A stretch of 49,646 nucleotides of DNA, taken from assembly GCA_964620375.1 (NCBI GenBank), contig CAZUKC010000001.1, forward strand, positions 1-49,646. Direction: 5' to 3'. Of the stretch, positions 7,704 through 17,356 are shown piece by piece. The position numbers and the translations under genes were made by a program. Within the stretch, counting starts at the first letter, position 1. Each line of letters starts with the position of its first letter. The stretch comes from an uncultured Ramlibacter sp. Lineage in GTDB: Bacteria; Pseudomonadota; Gammaproteobacteria; Burkholderiales; Burkholderiaceae_C. A model generated the notes under the pieces. The model was not told the DNA's origin. It ran no database searches and saw only the letters and a list, made by a program, of their open reading frames with translations.

Positions 7704-8780
7704 ATGCCCCACTGCCTGCCCCCACGTGAATCACGCGTCCAGCTGCTGGCCGTACCGGCTGGCACGTCCTTCGATAGCGTGCCCGCATGGACCGCGCAGC
7801 ATCGCGCGCAGGCGGGCGAGGCGAGGCCCGCCGTGTATTGCGTCCCGAACCAGCCGGGTCCCGACGGCACACGGCTGCACTGGCTGGACGGCGTGCACGC
7901 GCGTGGCTGGATCCAGCTGCCCTCGCACCCGCAGGGCGTGGCCGATGAGGCGCAGCTCACCGCGCACGCGCAAGAGGCCCTGAGGCTTGGCTTCGTCGGC
8001 GCCGACGCCATGCTGCTCGCCTTCCTGCGCCTGACCGGCGAATTGCCGCGCCTGTCCTGGGACAATGCACCGGTCTTCGCGCCCGCCCGCGTGCACGCGA
8101 CGCAGCGCCTGGACCTTTACGCCATCACCGACCACGCGCCGCGCCTGGAGCAGGCTCTGGCCGCCGGGGTGCGCACGGTGCAACTGCGCATTAAGCGTCC
8201 CGCGCAGCCCGACGCCGCCTGGCAGGCCGCCCTGCGCGAGGCACTGACCCGCGGCATCGCCGCCTCGCGCGCCGCCGGCGCGCAGTGCTTCGTCAACGAC
8301 CACTGGGCCCTGGCCGCCGAACTCGGCGCCGACGCGGTGCACCTGGGTCAGGAGGACCTGATGGCCCTGGGTGACGACGGCCGTCAGCGCCTGCTCGCCA
8401 GCGGCGTGGCCCTGGGCATCAGCTCACACAGCGTGTGGGAGTTGTGCCGGGCGCGCGCGCTGTCTCCGCGCTACATCGCCTGCGGGCCGGTGTGGCCCAC
8501 CACCACCAAGGACATGCCCTGGGTCCCGCAGGGTCTGGACAACCTGGCCTGGTGGTGCCGCCACGCGGGCGCGCCGGTGGTGGCCATCGGCGGAATTCTT
8601 ACGCCGGACCAGGCGCGGCAGGCGGCAGCGTGCGGCGCGGACGGGATCTGCCTGGTGCGGGCGCTGGGCGACGACCCGGCGCAGAGGCTGCCCGCCTACG
8701 CTCAGGCCCTGGCCGCTGGCCGGCAAGGCCCCGCGAGCGATGCACCCGCCTGGCCGCATCCCACCCTGCCCGTGGGTTGA
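7704..8780 (+). CDS. thiE: Thiamine phosphate synthase with N-terminal extension
   Basis: C-terminal domain has VQLRIK, VNDH, HLGQED, GISSHS, PTTTK and VAIGGI; about 135 extra N-terminal residues. Confidence 0.88.
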   Translation: MPHCLPPRESRVQLLAVPAGTSFDSVPAWTAQHRAQAGEARPAVYCVPNQPGPDGTRLHWLDGVHARGWIQLPSHPQGVADEAQLTAHAQEALRLGFVGADAMLLAFLRLTGELPRLSWDNAPVFAPARVHATQRLDLYAITDHAPRLEQALAAGVRTVQLRIKRPAQPDAAWQAALREALTRGIAASRAAGAQCFVNDHWALAAELGADAVHLGQEDLMALGDDGRQRLLASGVALGISSHSVWELCRARALSPRYIACGPVWPTTTKDMPWVPQGLDNLAWWCRHAGAPVVAIGGILTPDQARQAAACGADGICLVRALGDDPAQRLPAYAQALAAGRQGPASDAPAWPHPTLPVG

Positions 8781-8804
8781 AGGCCGCCGCGGGATAATCC
8801 GCGG

Positions 8805-9200
8805 ATGCGACTCCTCCACACCATGTTGCGCGTTGGCGACCTCCAACGCTCCATCGACTTCTACACCCGCGTGCTGGGCATGAAGCTGCTGCGCACCACC
8901 GAGCGGCCCGAGCAGAAATACTCGCTGGCTTTCGTGGGCTACGGCAGCAACCCCGACCACGCGGAGATCGAGCTGACCTACAACCACGGCGTCGACCGCT
9001 ACGACCTGGGCACCGCCTACGGCCACATTGCCCTCGGCGTGGAAGACGCCTACGCCGCCTGCGAGAAGATCCGCGCCGCCGGCGGCACCATCACCCGCGA
9101 ACCCGGCCCGGTCAAAGGCGGCAGCACGGTGATCGCCTTCGTCACCGATCCTGATGGCTACAAGATCGAGTTGATCCAGCGCACCGGCGCGGCGCACTGA
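8805..9200 (+). CDS. gloA: Lactoylglutathione lyase (glyoxalase I)
   Basis: [21 protein letters not shown]...ELTYN...YGHIA...[10 protein letters not shown]. Confidence 0.97.
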   Translation: MRLLHTMLRVGDLQRSIDFYTRVLGMKLLRTTERPEQKYSLAFVGYGSNPDHAEIELTYNHGVDRYDLGTAYGHIALGVEDAYAACEKIRAAGGTITREPGPVKGGSTVIAFVTDPDGYKIELIQRTGAAH

Positions 9201-9220
9201 GCCCGCACCGTCCTTCGCGC

Positions 9221-10423
9221 ATGCCCGTATCCGACACGAACCGCCTGCCGCTGCAGGGCCTGCGCGTCGTCGAGTTCACCCACATGGTCATGGGCCCGAC
9301 CTGCGGTCTGGTGCTGGCCGACCTGGGCGCGGAGGTGATCAAGGTCGAACCGATCGCCGGTGACCGCACCCGTCACCTGATCGGCGCGGGCGCGGGCTTC
9401 TTTCCGATGTTCAACCGGAACAAGAAAAGCATCCGCATCGACCTGCGGCACCCCGAGGGCGCCGCTGTGGCGCGCCAGTTGTGCGGCACCGCCGACGTGG
9501 TGGCCGAGAACTTCAAGCCCGGGAGCATGACTCAGTACGGTCTGGACTACGCCAGCCTGTCCGCCGTCCACCCGCGCCTGATCTACGTGAGCCTCAAGGG
9601 CTTTCTGCCCGGGCCCTACGAGCACCGCACTGCGCTGGACGAGGTGGTGCAGATGATGGGAGGCCTGGCCTATATGACCGGGCGCCCTGGCGACCCGCTG
9701 CGTGCAGGCACCAGCGTGAACGACATCATGGGCGGCATGTTCGGCGCGATCGGGGTGCTCAGCGCCCTGATCCAACGGGGCATCACCGGGCGCGGTCAGG
9801 AGGTGCAGTCAGCCCTGTTCGAGAACAATGTGTTTCTGGTGGGCCAGCACATGCTGCAGTACGCCATCACCGGCGTGGCGGCCCAGCCCATGCCCAATCG
9901 CATCTCGGCCTGGGGCGTGTACGACGTCTTTACCGTGAAGGACGGCGAGCAGATCTTCCTGGCGGCGGTGAGCGACGCGCAGTGGCTCACGTTCTGCGAG
10001 CTGTTCGGGTTTTCCGACCTGCACGCCGACGCGCGCTATGCCACCAACAACGATCGCGTGCGCGAACGCGCGGTGCTGCTGCCGGTGCTGCGCAAACGCC
10101 TGCAAGGCTTTTCGGCGGCAGAACTGGCCGATCGCTTCGAGCGCGCCGGACTGCCCTATGCCCCTATCGCCCGGCCCGAGGACCTGTTGGGCGACCCGCA
10201 CCTGAAGGCCACCGGCGGCCTGGCCGATGTCCGTCTGAGCGACGGCGAGCGGGCGGGTCAGACCGCGGCGGCGGCGCTGCTGCCCTTCACGATGGACGGC
10301 CGCCGCCTGGGCGTGCGGGCACACCCGCCGACTCAGGGACAAGACACCGACGATCTGCTGACCCAGATGGGGCACAGCCCCGAGGCCATCGCGCGCCTGC
10401 GGGAAGCGGGTGCCGTGGCGTGA
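9221..10423 (+). CDS. CaiB/BaiF family (class III) CoA-transferase
   Basis: PLQGLRVVEF, LADLGAEVIKVEP, NRNKKS, ENFKPG. Confidence 0.93.
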   Translation: MPVSDTNRLPLQGLRVVEFTHMVMGPTCGLVLADLGAEVIKVEPIAGDRTRHLIGAGAGFFPMFNRNKKSIRIDLRHPEGAAVARQLCGTADVVAENFKPGSMTQYGLDYASLSAVHPRLIYVSLKGFLPGPYEHRTALDEVVQMMGGLAYMTGRPGDPLRAGTSVNDIMGGMFGAIGVLSALIQRGITGRGQEVQSALFENNVFLVGQHMLQYAITGVAAQPMPNRISAWGVYDVFTVKDGEQIFLAAVSDAQWLTFCELFGFSDLHADARYATNNDRVRERAVLLPVLRKRLQGFSAAELADRFERAGLPYAPIARPEDLLGDPHLKATGGLADVRLSDGERAGQTAAAALLPFTMDGRRLGVRAHPPTQGQDTDDLLTQMGHSPEAIARLREAGAVA

Positions 10424-10505
10424 GCCGGATGCGGAAGGTCACTTTCTGCCCCTCGGGGGCGAAGCCCGCGGGAGTCGTGTACCTCGGTCGTGCACCTCGG
10501 TCGAT

Positions 10506-10946
10506 TTAACGGGCTACCAGCACCGGCACCGGGGATTGCGCCACCACCTTGGCAGCGATGCTTCCGAGCATCACGCGGGCCAGGCCGGTGCGCCCGTGGG
10601 AGCCGATGACGACGAGGTCGGACTGCTGCTCGCGGGCGGTGCGGACAATGCCCTCCAAGACGGCGACGTCCTCGACCACCCGCATCTCCACCGCAACGGC
10701 GGCACCACCGGCATTGCAAGCGTCCAGGATGCGCGAGTGGGCCTGGGCCGCCTGATCCCGTGCGGCCGCCATGTAGGCGTCAAAGCCCAAGGGGTTGACC
10801 TCGCCCATGCCCAGAAAGGGGTACGGGTCCACCACATACAGCGCGGTGAGGGAGGCACCATGGACACGGGCCAGATCGATGGCGATACGAGCGGCGTGGT
10901 CCGAAGCTTCGGAACCGTCGGTGGCCAACAGGATGCGCTTGAACAT
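10506..10946 (-). CDS. Universal stress protein
   Basis: MFKRILLATDGSE...DLVVIGSHGRTGLARVMLGSIAAKVV...PVLVAR. Start taken at ATG 10946. Confidence 0.93.
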   Translation of the reverse strand: MFKRILLATDGSEASDHAARIAIDLARVHGASLTALYVVDPYPFLGMGEVNPLGFDAYMAAARDQAAQAHSRILDACNAGGAAVAVEMRVVEDVAVLEGIVRTAREQQSDLVVIGSHGRTGLARVMLGSIAAKVVAQSPVPVLVAR

Positions 10947-11007
10947 GGTGAACCTCGCAGGTGGGTGGAAATTGCACGGATCTTGGACTGTGGCGGGCCG
11001 GTCTGGT

Positions 11008-11021
11008 TTGACGGGCATCAA
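11008..11021. promoter_or_regulatory. FNR box upstream of the minus-strand usp
   Basis: TTGAC-GGGC-ATCAA, one mismatch from the consensus TTGAT-N4-ATCAA. Confidence 0.8.
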
Positions 11022-11043
11022 GCCGCCAGCGCCTGCCTCTTTG

Positions 11044-11775
11044 TCAATGCACCTGAGCCGGGAAGGCGTGGGTCAGACCCTCCAGGTCCAGGATACGGAT
11101 GTGGCGCTTGTCGACCTCCAACAGGCGTTGCTGCTGGAAGGCAGAGAAGGTGCGGCTCACGGTCTCGAGCTTCATGCCCAGGTAGCTGCCGATCTCCGCG
11201 CGCGACATGCGCAGGTGGAATTCGCTGGGCGAGTAGCCCCGCGCCTTCAGGCGCTGCGAGAGGTTGATCAGGAAAGCCGCTAGTCGCTCCTCGGCGTTCA
11301 TGCTGCCGAGCAGCGTCATGAGACTGTGTTTGCGCACGATCTCGCGGCTCATGAGGCGGGCCATGACCATCTGCATGTCGGCGCTGCTGGCGGCCAGCTC
11401 GGCGAGGTGGGCATAGGGGATGGCGCAGACTTCGGCGTCCTCCAGCGCGGTGGCGGCGCTGGCATGGCGCCCATGGGCCACGCCGTCCAGCCCCATCATC
11501 TCGCCGGCCATGTGGAAGCCCGAGACCTGCTCGCGGCCGTCGACCAGATTCAGGCTGGATTTGAAGGTGCCGCTGCGCACTGCGTAGATGAACCGGAAAC
11601 GGTCCCCGGCACGGTACAGGGTCTCGCCGGTGCGCACTCGTCGCCCACCAAACTTCAACCCGTCCAGGCGTTCGATCTCCGGACTGTCCAGCCCAGAGGG
11701 CAGACACCGGTCACGCAGGTGGCAGTTGGAGCACAGGGTCTTCAGGAAGACGCGGGTGCAAGCGGAACGGGACAT
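11044..11775 (-). CDS. fnr: FNR-type Crp-family oxygen-sensing regulator
   Basis: N-terminal C-x2-C-x5-C (CSNCHLRDRC), a fourth Cys in EVCAIP, and HTH SRAEIGSYLGMKLETVSR. Probable start ATG 11775; could be an fnr paralogue. Confidence 0.88.
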   Translation of the reverse strand: MSRSACTRVFLKTLCSNCHLRDRCLPSGLDSPEIERLDGLKFGGRRVRTGETLYRAGDRFRFIYAVRSGTFKSSLNLVDGREQVSGFHMAGEMMGLDGVAHGRHASAATALEDAEVCAIPYAHLAELAASSADMQMVMARLMSREIVRKHSLMTLLGSMNAEERLAAFLINLSQRLKARGYSPSEFHLRMSRAEIGSYLGMKLETVSRTFSAFQQQRLLEVDKRHIRILDLEGLTHAFPAQVH

Positions 11776-11966
11776 GAGATGGAATGTGGCGCGCGGGCTG
11801 TTCAGGGACCATCGGTGCGCAGCGCACCAGGGGATGGAAATCGTCCTAGCCGCTCGGGTAAGCCTGCGAAGGCCCGCGACCCTGACCAAGGACCACCCTA
11901 CCATCACCCGCGTCAAGGTCAAGAAAGATGGCTTCAGGGCGATGAGGCCGTCGACTTCCTGTTCTG

Positions 11967-11980
11967 TTGACATAGATCAA
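11967..11980. promoter_or_regulatory. FNR box, class II position for the usp at 12015
   Basis: TTGAC-ATAG-ATCAA centred 41.5 bp upstream of position 12015, with -10 TAGGCT at 12003-12008. Confidence 0.85.
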
Positions 11981-12014
11981 GCCATGACGACGGGCGCCGA
12001 TCTAGGCTGATGCG

Positions 12015-12458
12015 ATGTACCAGCACCTGCTCGTTGCCACCGACCACTCTCGCCTGTCACGCAAGGCTGAAAAGGCCGCCATCGGTCTGGCTGCCGCGAC
12101 GGGCGCGAAGCTGACGGTGCTGCACGTGGTGCCCGACTACCCCATGAGCTACTTCGAGGGTGCTGTCACGATCACACCCCAGGAGGTCGCCCGTATCGAG
12201 GGGGCTTGGACAGCCCGCGGCCGCAAGGCGGTCGACGCGGTGGCGGCCGTGGCTGCCCGGGCGGGTGTGCAGGCGCAGGGCGTACTCGCACATTCGGACC
12301 AGGTGGCCGAGTCGGTGATCGCTGCGGCGCGCAAGCACAAATGTGACCTGATCGTGATGGCCTCGCACGGTCGGCGGGGCCTGACGCGCGTGCTGCTCGG
12401 GAGCGAGACGCAGCATGTTCTCACGCACAGTGCGATTCCCGTTCTGGTACTGCGCTGA
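12015..12458 (+). CDS. Universal stress protein
   Basis: MYQHLLVATD...DLIVMASHGRRGLTRVLLGSETQHVLTHSAIPVLVLR. Confidence 0.94.
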   Translation: MYQHLLVATDHSRLSRKAEKAAIGLAAATGAKLTVLHVVPDYPMSYFEGAVTITPQEVARIEGAWTARGRKAVDAVAAVAARAGVQAQGVLAHSDQVAESVIAAARKHKCDLIVMASHGRRGLTRVLLGSETQHVLTHSAIPVLVLR

Positions 12459-12527
12459 CCCCCGCTGACCCCCAAAAGCCGCCGCACGCCGGCGAAACAT
12501 TCGAAGACCCACAAGGAGAGAGCACCC

Positions 12528-12950
12528 ATGCGCATCGTCCTGGCCGCTGACGGCAGCCCCTACACCAAGAAAGCCCTGGCCTTTCTCATGACCCACGAGA
12601 GTCTGGCGGGGCCAGACGACGAGGTGTTGGTCGTCCACGCCCAGCCCGCCCTGCCCCCGCGTGTGCGATCGGCGGTGGGCGCCGACGTGGTCAAGTCTTA
12701 CCAGAGCGACGAAGCGGAGAAGGTCCTCGGGCCGATCCGCCGCTTCCTGGACAAGCACGACGTGAAGTACCGCTGCGAGTGGTCGGTGGGTCACGCCGAC
12801 GAACAGATCCTGCGTGCCGCCCAGAAGTCCAAGGCCCACCTGATCATCATGGGCACCCACGGGCACGGCGTGATCGGCCGCGCCCTCATGGGGAGCGTCG
12901 CGCTGAAGGTGGTCACCGGCGCGGACATTCCGGTGATGCTGGTCAAATAA
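12528..12950 (+). CDS. Universal stress protein
   Basis: MRIVLAADGS...IIMGTHGHG...LMGSVA...IPVMLVK, with SD AAGGAG upstream. Confidence 0.94.
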   Translation: MRIVLAADGSPYTKKALAFLMTHESLAGPDDEVLVVHAQPALPPRVRSAVGADVVKSYQSDEAEKVLGPIRRFLDKHDVKYRCEWSVGHADEQILRAAQKSKAHLIIMGTHGHGVIGRALMGSVALKVVTGADIPVMLVK

Positions 12951-12961
12951 GTTAGAAGCCT

Positions 12962-12982
12962 GCGGGGGCGCGAAGCCCCCGC
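12962..12982. terminator. GC-rich hairpin between convergent usp and eda (possible bidirectional terminator)
   Basis: GCGGGGGC-GCGAA-GCCCCCGC is a perfect 8-bp stem; there is no strong U-tract. Confidence 0.45.
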
Positions 12983-12986
12983 CACT

Positions 12987-13661
12987 TCACCCGGGGCGCG
13001 GCAGCGACGCCGCTTCGCGCGCCAGGCCGGTGATCCGGTTCCACTCCCCCGCAGCCACTGCCGACGCCGGCGTGAGCCAGGAGCCGCCCACGCAGGTCAC
13101 GTTGGACAGCGCCAGAAACTCGCCCGCGTTGGCGGCCGACACGCCACCCGTGGGGCAGAACGTCACATCCCCGAAGGGGCCGACCCAGGCCTTGAGCATG
13201 GCGGTGCCGCCCGCCTGCATCGCCGGGAAGAACTTCAGCTGGCTGTAGCCCGCCTCTTGCGCCTGCAGGATCTCGCTGCCCGTGGCCACGCCCGGCAGCA
13301 GCGGCAGGCCCAGGTCGCGGCAAGCCTGGCCAATGGCCGATGTGAAGCCGGGGCTGACCGCGAAGCGGGCCCCGGCGTCGCGGGCAGCCTTGGCGTCTGC
13401 GGCGCTGCGTACTGTGCCCGCGCCAGCGACAGCCTCGGGCACCTGCCGGGCGATGGCCTCGATGCAGGCCAGGGCTGCGGACGTGCGCAGCGTCACCTCC
13501 AGCATGCGGATGCCGCCGGCTACCAGCGCACGGGCCAGGGGCACCGCCTGGGCCACATCCTCCAGCACGATCACCGGGATGACCGGCGCGTCGCGCATCA
13601 CGTCCAACGCAGTCAGGGTGGCAGGCAACGCAGGCAGGCTCGGCGCAGGGGTCACAGCCAT
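12987..13661 (-). CDS. eda: KDPG/KHG aldolase
   Basis: PVIPVI, LEVTLR, GAGTV, VSPG, LKFFPA, FCPTGG, VGGSW; directly downstream of edd. Confidence 0.96.
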   Translation of the reverse strand: MAVTPAPSLPALPATLTALDVMRDAPVIPVIVLEDVAQAVPLARALVAGGIRMLEVTLRTSAALACIEAIARQVPEAVAGAGTVRSAADAKAARDAGARFAVSPGFTSAIGQACRDLGLPLLPGVATGSEILQAQEAGYSQLKFFPAMQAGGTAMLKAWVGPFGDVTFCPTGGVSAANAGEFLALSNVTCVGGSWLTPASAVAAGEWNRITGLAREAASLPRPG

Positions 13662-15493
13662 GTGCAGGCTCCTTCTTCGGCAGCGAGGGCGTTGCGCCGC
13701 ATACCGGCAAACAGGTCACGCCCGAGGCCGACCTGGTTCGCGGCCTGCAGGCCTTGCGGCATGGCCGTGGTTGGTCGGGTCTGCCACTCGCTATCCGGCA
13801 CAAGCGCCTGCAGCGTACCGGCCACGGCGTCCAGGCGTACGAGGTCGCCATCGCGCAGCTTCGCCAGCGGGCCGCCAGCCGCGGCCTCGGGTGAGACGTG
13901 GATCGCGGCGGGCACCTTGCCCGAGGCGCCGCTCATGCGGCCGTCGGTGACCAGCGCCACGCGCCAGCCGTCTGCCTGCAGCACCGCCAGCGGCGGCGTG
14001 AGCTTGTGCAGTTCGGGCATGCCGTTGGCGCGCGGGCCCTGCCAGCGCACCACGCACACCAGGCCGCCGGCGCCGTTCTCGCGGCAGGCCTTTTCGAGCT
14101 CGCCGGCGGCAAAGGCCTGCAACAGGGCCTCCTGACTGTCGAAGACGCGGGCTGGCGCCTCGATCACGTGACGGTCATCGGGGACGGCCGAGACCTTGAT
14201 CACACTGCGCCCGAGGTTGCCCGTGAGCAGGCGGACCCCGCCGGTGGGGCTGAAAGGCTCGGTCACGGGACGCAGGACCTGTGTGTCGCCCGAAGGTCCG
14301 GTGACCTGCCAGCGCAGCGCGCCTTCGTGCAGCTGTGGCACCTGGGTGTATTCGCGCAGTCCGCCCGCGCGGACCGTGGCCACGTCGGGGTGCATGAGGC
14401 CGGCGTCCATCAGCTCCCGGATGATGAAGCCCGGTCCGCCGGCGTCCTGGAACTGGTTCACGTCGGCGGTGCCGTTGGGGTAGATACGCGCCAGCAGCGG
14501 CGCGACGGCCGACAGGCGAGCGAAGTCGTCCCAGTCGATGGTGATGCCAGCGGCACGGGCCACCGCCACCCAGTGAATCAGGTGGTTGGTGGAGCCGCCG
14601 GTGGCCAGCAGGGCCATCATGGCGTTGACGATGCAGCGCTCGTCGACCAGGCGACCGATCGGGGTGTAGCGGCGCCCGGGCAGGATGGCAGTCAGGGTAC
14701 GCACCGCCTCCCGCGTCAGGTGCTCGCGCATCTGCGCATACGGGGGAATGAAGGCAGCACCGGGCACGTGCAGGCCCATGGCCTCCATCAGCATCTGGTT
14801 GCTGTTGGCGGTGCCATAGAAGGTGCAGGTGCCGGGACCGTGATAGGCCTTCTGCTCGGATTCCAGCAATTCAGCGCGGCCCACCTCGCCGCGGGCGGCG
14901 CGTTCGCGCACCTTCGCCTTCTCGGTGTTGGACAGGCCGCTGGCCATGGGACCGCCAGGCACGAAGACCGTCGGCAGATGCCCGAAGTGCAGCGCGCCGA
15001 TCAGAAGGCCCGGCACGATCTTGTCGCAGATACCCAGCATGAGCGCCCCGTCGAACACGTCGTGCGACAGGGCCACCGCCGCGCCCTGCGCGATCACGTC
15101 GCGCGAGAACAGCGACAGCTCCATGCCCACCGTGCCCTGGGTCACACCGTCGCACATGGCCGGCACGCCACCGGCAACCTGGGCAGTGACGCCCTGACGG
15201 CGGGCCTCGTCCTTCAGGAGGGGCGGATAGCCGGCGTAAGGCGCATGCGCCGACAGCATGTCGTTGTAGGCGGTGACGATGGCCAGGTTGGGGGCGCGCT
15301 CGGTGACGACCTTGAACTTGTCGTCGGCGGGCAGGGCCGCAAAGGCGTGGGCCACGTTGGCACAGCCCATGCGGTCGGCGCCACGTTGTCGGCGTGCCAT
15401 GTCGTCGAGCCGACGCAGGTAGTCACCGCGCGCGCCCTGGCTGCGTTCTCGGATGCGGTCGGTGACGGCGGCCACCACGGGATGTAGCGTCAT
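13652..15493 (-). CDS. edd: Phosphogluconate dehydratase
   Basis: [54 protein letters not shown]. Start ATG 15493 (MTLHPVV). Confidence 0.97.
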   Translation of the reverse strand: MTLHPVVAAVTDRIRERSQGARGDYLRRLDDMARRQRGADRMGCANVAHAFAALPADDKFKVVTERAPNLAIVTAYNDMLSAHAPYAGYPPLLKDEARRQGVTAQVAGGVPAMCDGVTQGTVGMELSLFSRDVIAQGAAVALSHDVFDGALMLGICDKIVPGLLIGALHFGHLPTVFVPGGPMASGLSNTEKAKVRERAARGEVGRAELLESEQKAYHGPGTCTFYGTANSNQMLMEAMGLHVPGAAFIPPYAQMREHLTREAVRTLTAILPGRRYTPIGRLVDERCIVNAMMALLATGGSTNHLIHWVAVARAAGITIDWDDFARLSAVAPLLARIYPNGTADVNQFQDAGGPGFIIRELMDAGLMHPDVATVRAGGLREYTQVPQLHEGALRWQVTGPSGDTQVLRPVTEPFSPTGGVRLLTGNLGRSVIKVSAVPDDRHVIEAPARVFDSQEALLQAFAAGELEKACRENGAGGLVCVVRWQGPRANGMPELHKLTPPLAVLQADGWRVALVTDGRMSGASGKVPAAIHVSPEAAAGGPLAKLRDGDLVRLDAVAGTLQALVPDSEWQTRPTTAMPQGLQAANQVGLGRDLFAGMRRNALAAEEGACTWL

Positions 15494-15636
15494 GGGAAAA
15501 CGGCCTGCAGAAGATGCGTGAAACCAGCCAAGCATGGTACCTGCAACACGCATGCGCTCCTCGGCGCGGTTACGAAGCGGTTACCACGGCGGCGACCCTG
15601 CCAGACCGTCCCGCCGCGCTTGCTACAGTCGCGGCC

Positions 15637-16254
15637 ATGCACCCGCCGACCGCCGCCTGGCCCCAGCGCGATCCCGCGCCGATGCTGGCGCGCACCCTGA
15701 GCGAATGGGGCGGGCGACATGACCTCTGGCTTTTTGGTTACGGCTCCTTGATCTGGAATCCCGGCTTCGACTACGCCGAACGGCGCGAGGCCCGGGTACA
15801 TGGCTGGCACCGCGCGCTCAAGATGTGGAGCCGGATCAACCGGGGCACGCCCGAGCAGCCCGGGCTGGTGCTGGGGTTGCTGTCAGGGGGTAGTTGCCGG
15901 GGGATGGCGTTCCGTGTGGCACGTGCGCAGGTCCCTCACGTGCTGGAAAGCCTCTGGGCGCGCGAAATGCCCACGGGGGTCTATGACCCGCGTTGGCTCG
16001 AATGCGAGACGCCGCGGGGCTCGGTGCAGGCGCTGGCCTTTACGCTGTCGCGCCGCAGCCCTCATCACACCGGCAACCTGGACGCGGCCGACTACCGGCG
16101 CATTTTCGCCGCGGCCTGTGGCCGCTACGGCACGACGCTGGAGTACACCGTCCGCACCTTCGATGCCCTGCGCGCGCTGGACATCCACGATCGGCACCTA
16201 GCGCGCCTGCTGCAATACGCCCCGGACCCGGCGGGCGATGCCGGGCCAGGCTGA
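15637..16254 (+). CDS. chaC: Glutathione-specific gamma-glutamylcyclotransferase (ChaC family)
   Basis: LWLFGYGSLIWNP, RGTPEQPGLV, LWAREM. Start inferred at ATG 15637. Confidence 0.9.
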   Translation: MHPPTAAWPQRDPAPMLARTLSEWGGRHDLWLFGYGSLIWNPGFDYAERREARVHGWHRALKMWSRINRGTPEQPGLVLGLLSGGSCRGMAFRVARAQVPHVLESLWAREMPTGVYDPRWLECETPRGSVQALAFTLSRRSPHHTGNLDAADYRRIFAAACGRYGTTLEYTVRTFDALRALDIHDRHLARLLQYAPDPAGDAGPG

Positions 16255-16287
16255 AGCGCGCCAGCGCCGGTGCCACAATCCGAGACC

Positions 16288-16935
16288 ATGAGCACCTCCC
16301 CGCAAGCCATCGCCGACCTGCGCAAAAGCTACGAGCGCGCCGAACTGAGCGAAGACGCGAGCCACGCCGACCCGCTGCGCCAGTTCGAGCAGTGGCTCAA
16401 TGAGGCGATCGCCGCGCAGGTGCCCGAACCGAACGCGATGACGCTGGCCACCGTGGGCAGCAACCTGCGCCCCAGCACCCGGGTGGTGTTGATCAAGGGC
16501 TACGACGAGCGGGGCATCGTCTGGTACACCAATTACGAAAGCCGCAAGGGCCGCGAGCTGGCCGGCAACCCCTACGCTGCCCTCCAATTTCACTGGGTGG
16601 AGCTCGAGCGTGTGGCGCGTATCGAGGGCCGAGTGGAGAAGGTCAGCGACGAAGAGAGCGATGCCTACTTCCACAGCCGGCCGCTGGATTCGCGCATCGG
16701 GGCCTGGGCCAGCCCGCAAAGCGAGGTGATTGCCAGCCGCAGCGTGCTGGTGGCCAACGCGGCAAAGTACGGCGCGCAGTTCCTGCTGCAGCCGCCGCGG
16801 CCGCCGCACTGGGGCGGCTACCGCCTGGTGCCGGACCGGTGGGAGTTCTGGCAGGGACGCAGGAGCCGCCTGCATGACCGCCTGTGCTACACGCCCACGG
16901 CGGGTGGCTGGACCCGCGAGCGTCTGGCGCCTTGA
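16288..16935 (+). CDS. pdxH: Pyridoxamine 5'-phosphate oxidase
   Basis: [48 protein letters not shown]. Confidence 0.97.
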   Translation: MSTSPQAIADLRKSYERAELSEDASHADPLRQFEQWLNEAIAAQVPEPNAMTLATVGSNLRPSTRVVLIKGYDERGIVWYTNYESRKGRELAGNPYAALQFHWVELERVARIEGRVEKVSDEESDAYFHSRPLDSRIGAWASPQSEVIASRSVLVANAAKYGAQFLLQPPRPPHWGGYRLVPDRWEFWQGRRSRLHDRLCYTPTAGGWTRERLAP

Positions 16936-16978
16936 GCCGCCGTGAGCCGCCTGGGGGCACAGCCCGGCGCGGCTGCGG

Positions 16979-17356
16979 CTAGCGCGAGGCAACTGGCGGC
17001 GCAGAGCGCCACCACCGCAAGAACGAATGAAAGTCACCGCGAAAACCCTGATGCAGCAGGGCCTCGTAGCGCAGCGAGCAGGTGGCGGCGGTGCCCCCGT
17101 CCAGGAAACCCGACTCGGCATCGGCATCACACTGGCGCACCAGCCGCTTCAGGCAGGTCTCGGAAAGCTGTTCCTGCGTGCGCAGGCCTGCTTCGCGGTC
17201 TGACCAGGGCGAGACGGCTGTCAGCTGCGGCGGACAAGACGCCAGCACCGGCGCACTCGTAGTGCCGCCGGCCAGCACCAGACCTGCAAGCCCCAGCCAG
17301 CCCGCGCCCCGGTACCGCAGGGTCAGACCTCGGTGAGCGGAAAAGAAGTTCGACAT
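16979..17356 (-). CDS. Small putative exported hypothetical protein with 4 Cys
   Basis: SD GGAGG before ATG 17356; hydrophobic N-terminal segment ending VLA-S; it fills the gap between pdxH and msrA. Confidence 0.6.
   Translation of the reverse strand: MSNFFSAHRGLTLRYRGAGWLGLAGLVLAGGTTSAPVLASCPPQLTAVSPWSDREAGLRTQEQLSETCLKRLVRQCDADAESGFLDGGTAATCSLRYEALLHQGFRGDFHSFLRWWRSAPPVASR

Noticed and set aside
12453-12472. 10-bp tandem duplication at the usp stop, and a similar one at the pdxH stop (16933-16951)
   Set aside because: Only two short copies each, consistent with replication slippage. Neither is a CRISPR array or an insertion target duplication.
15530-15590. Possible GntR/HexR operator upstream of edd (GTTAC repeats)
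   Set aside because: No convincing palindrome; too degenerate to call.
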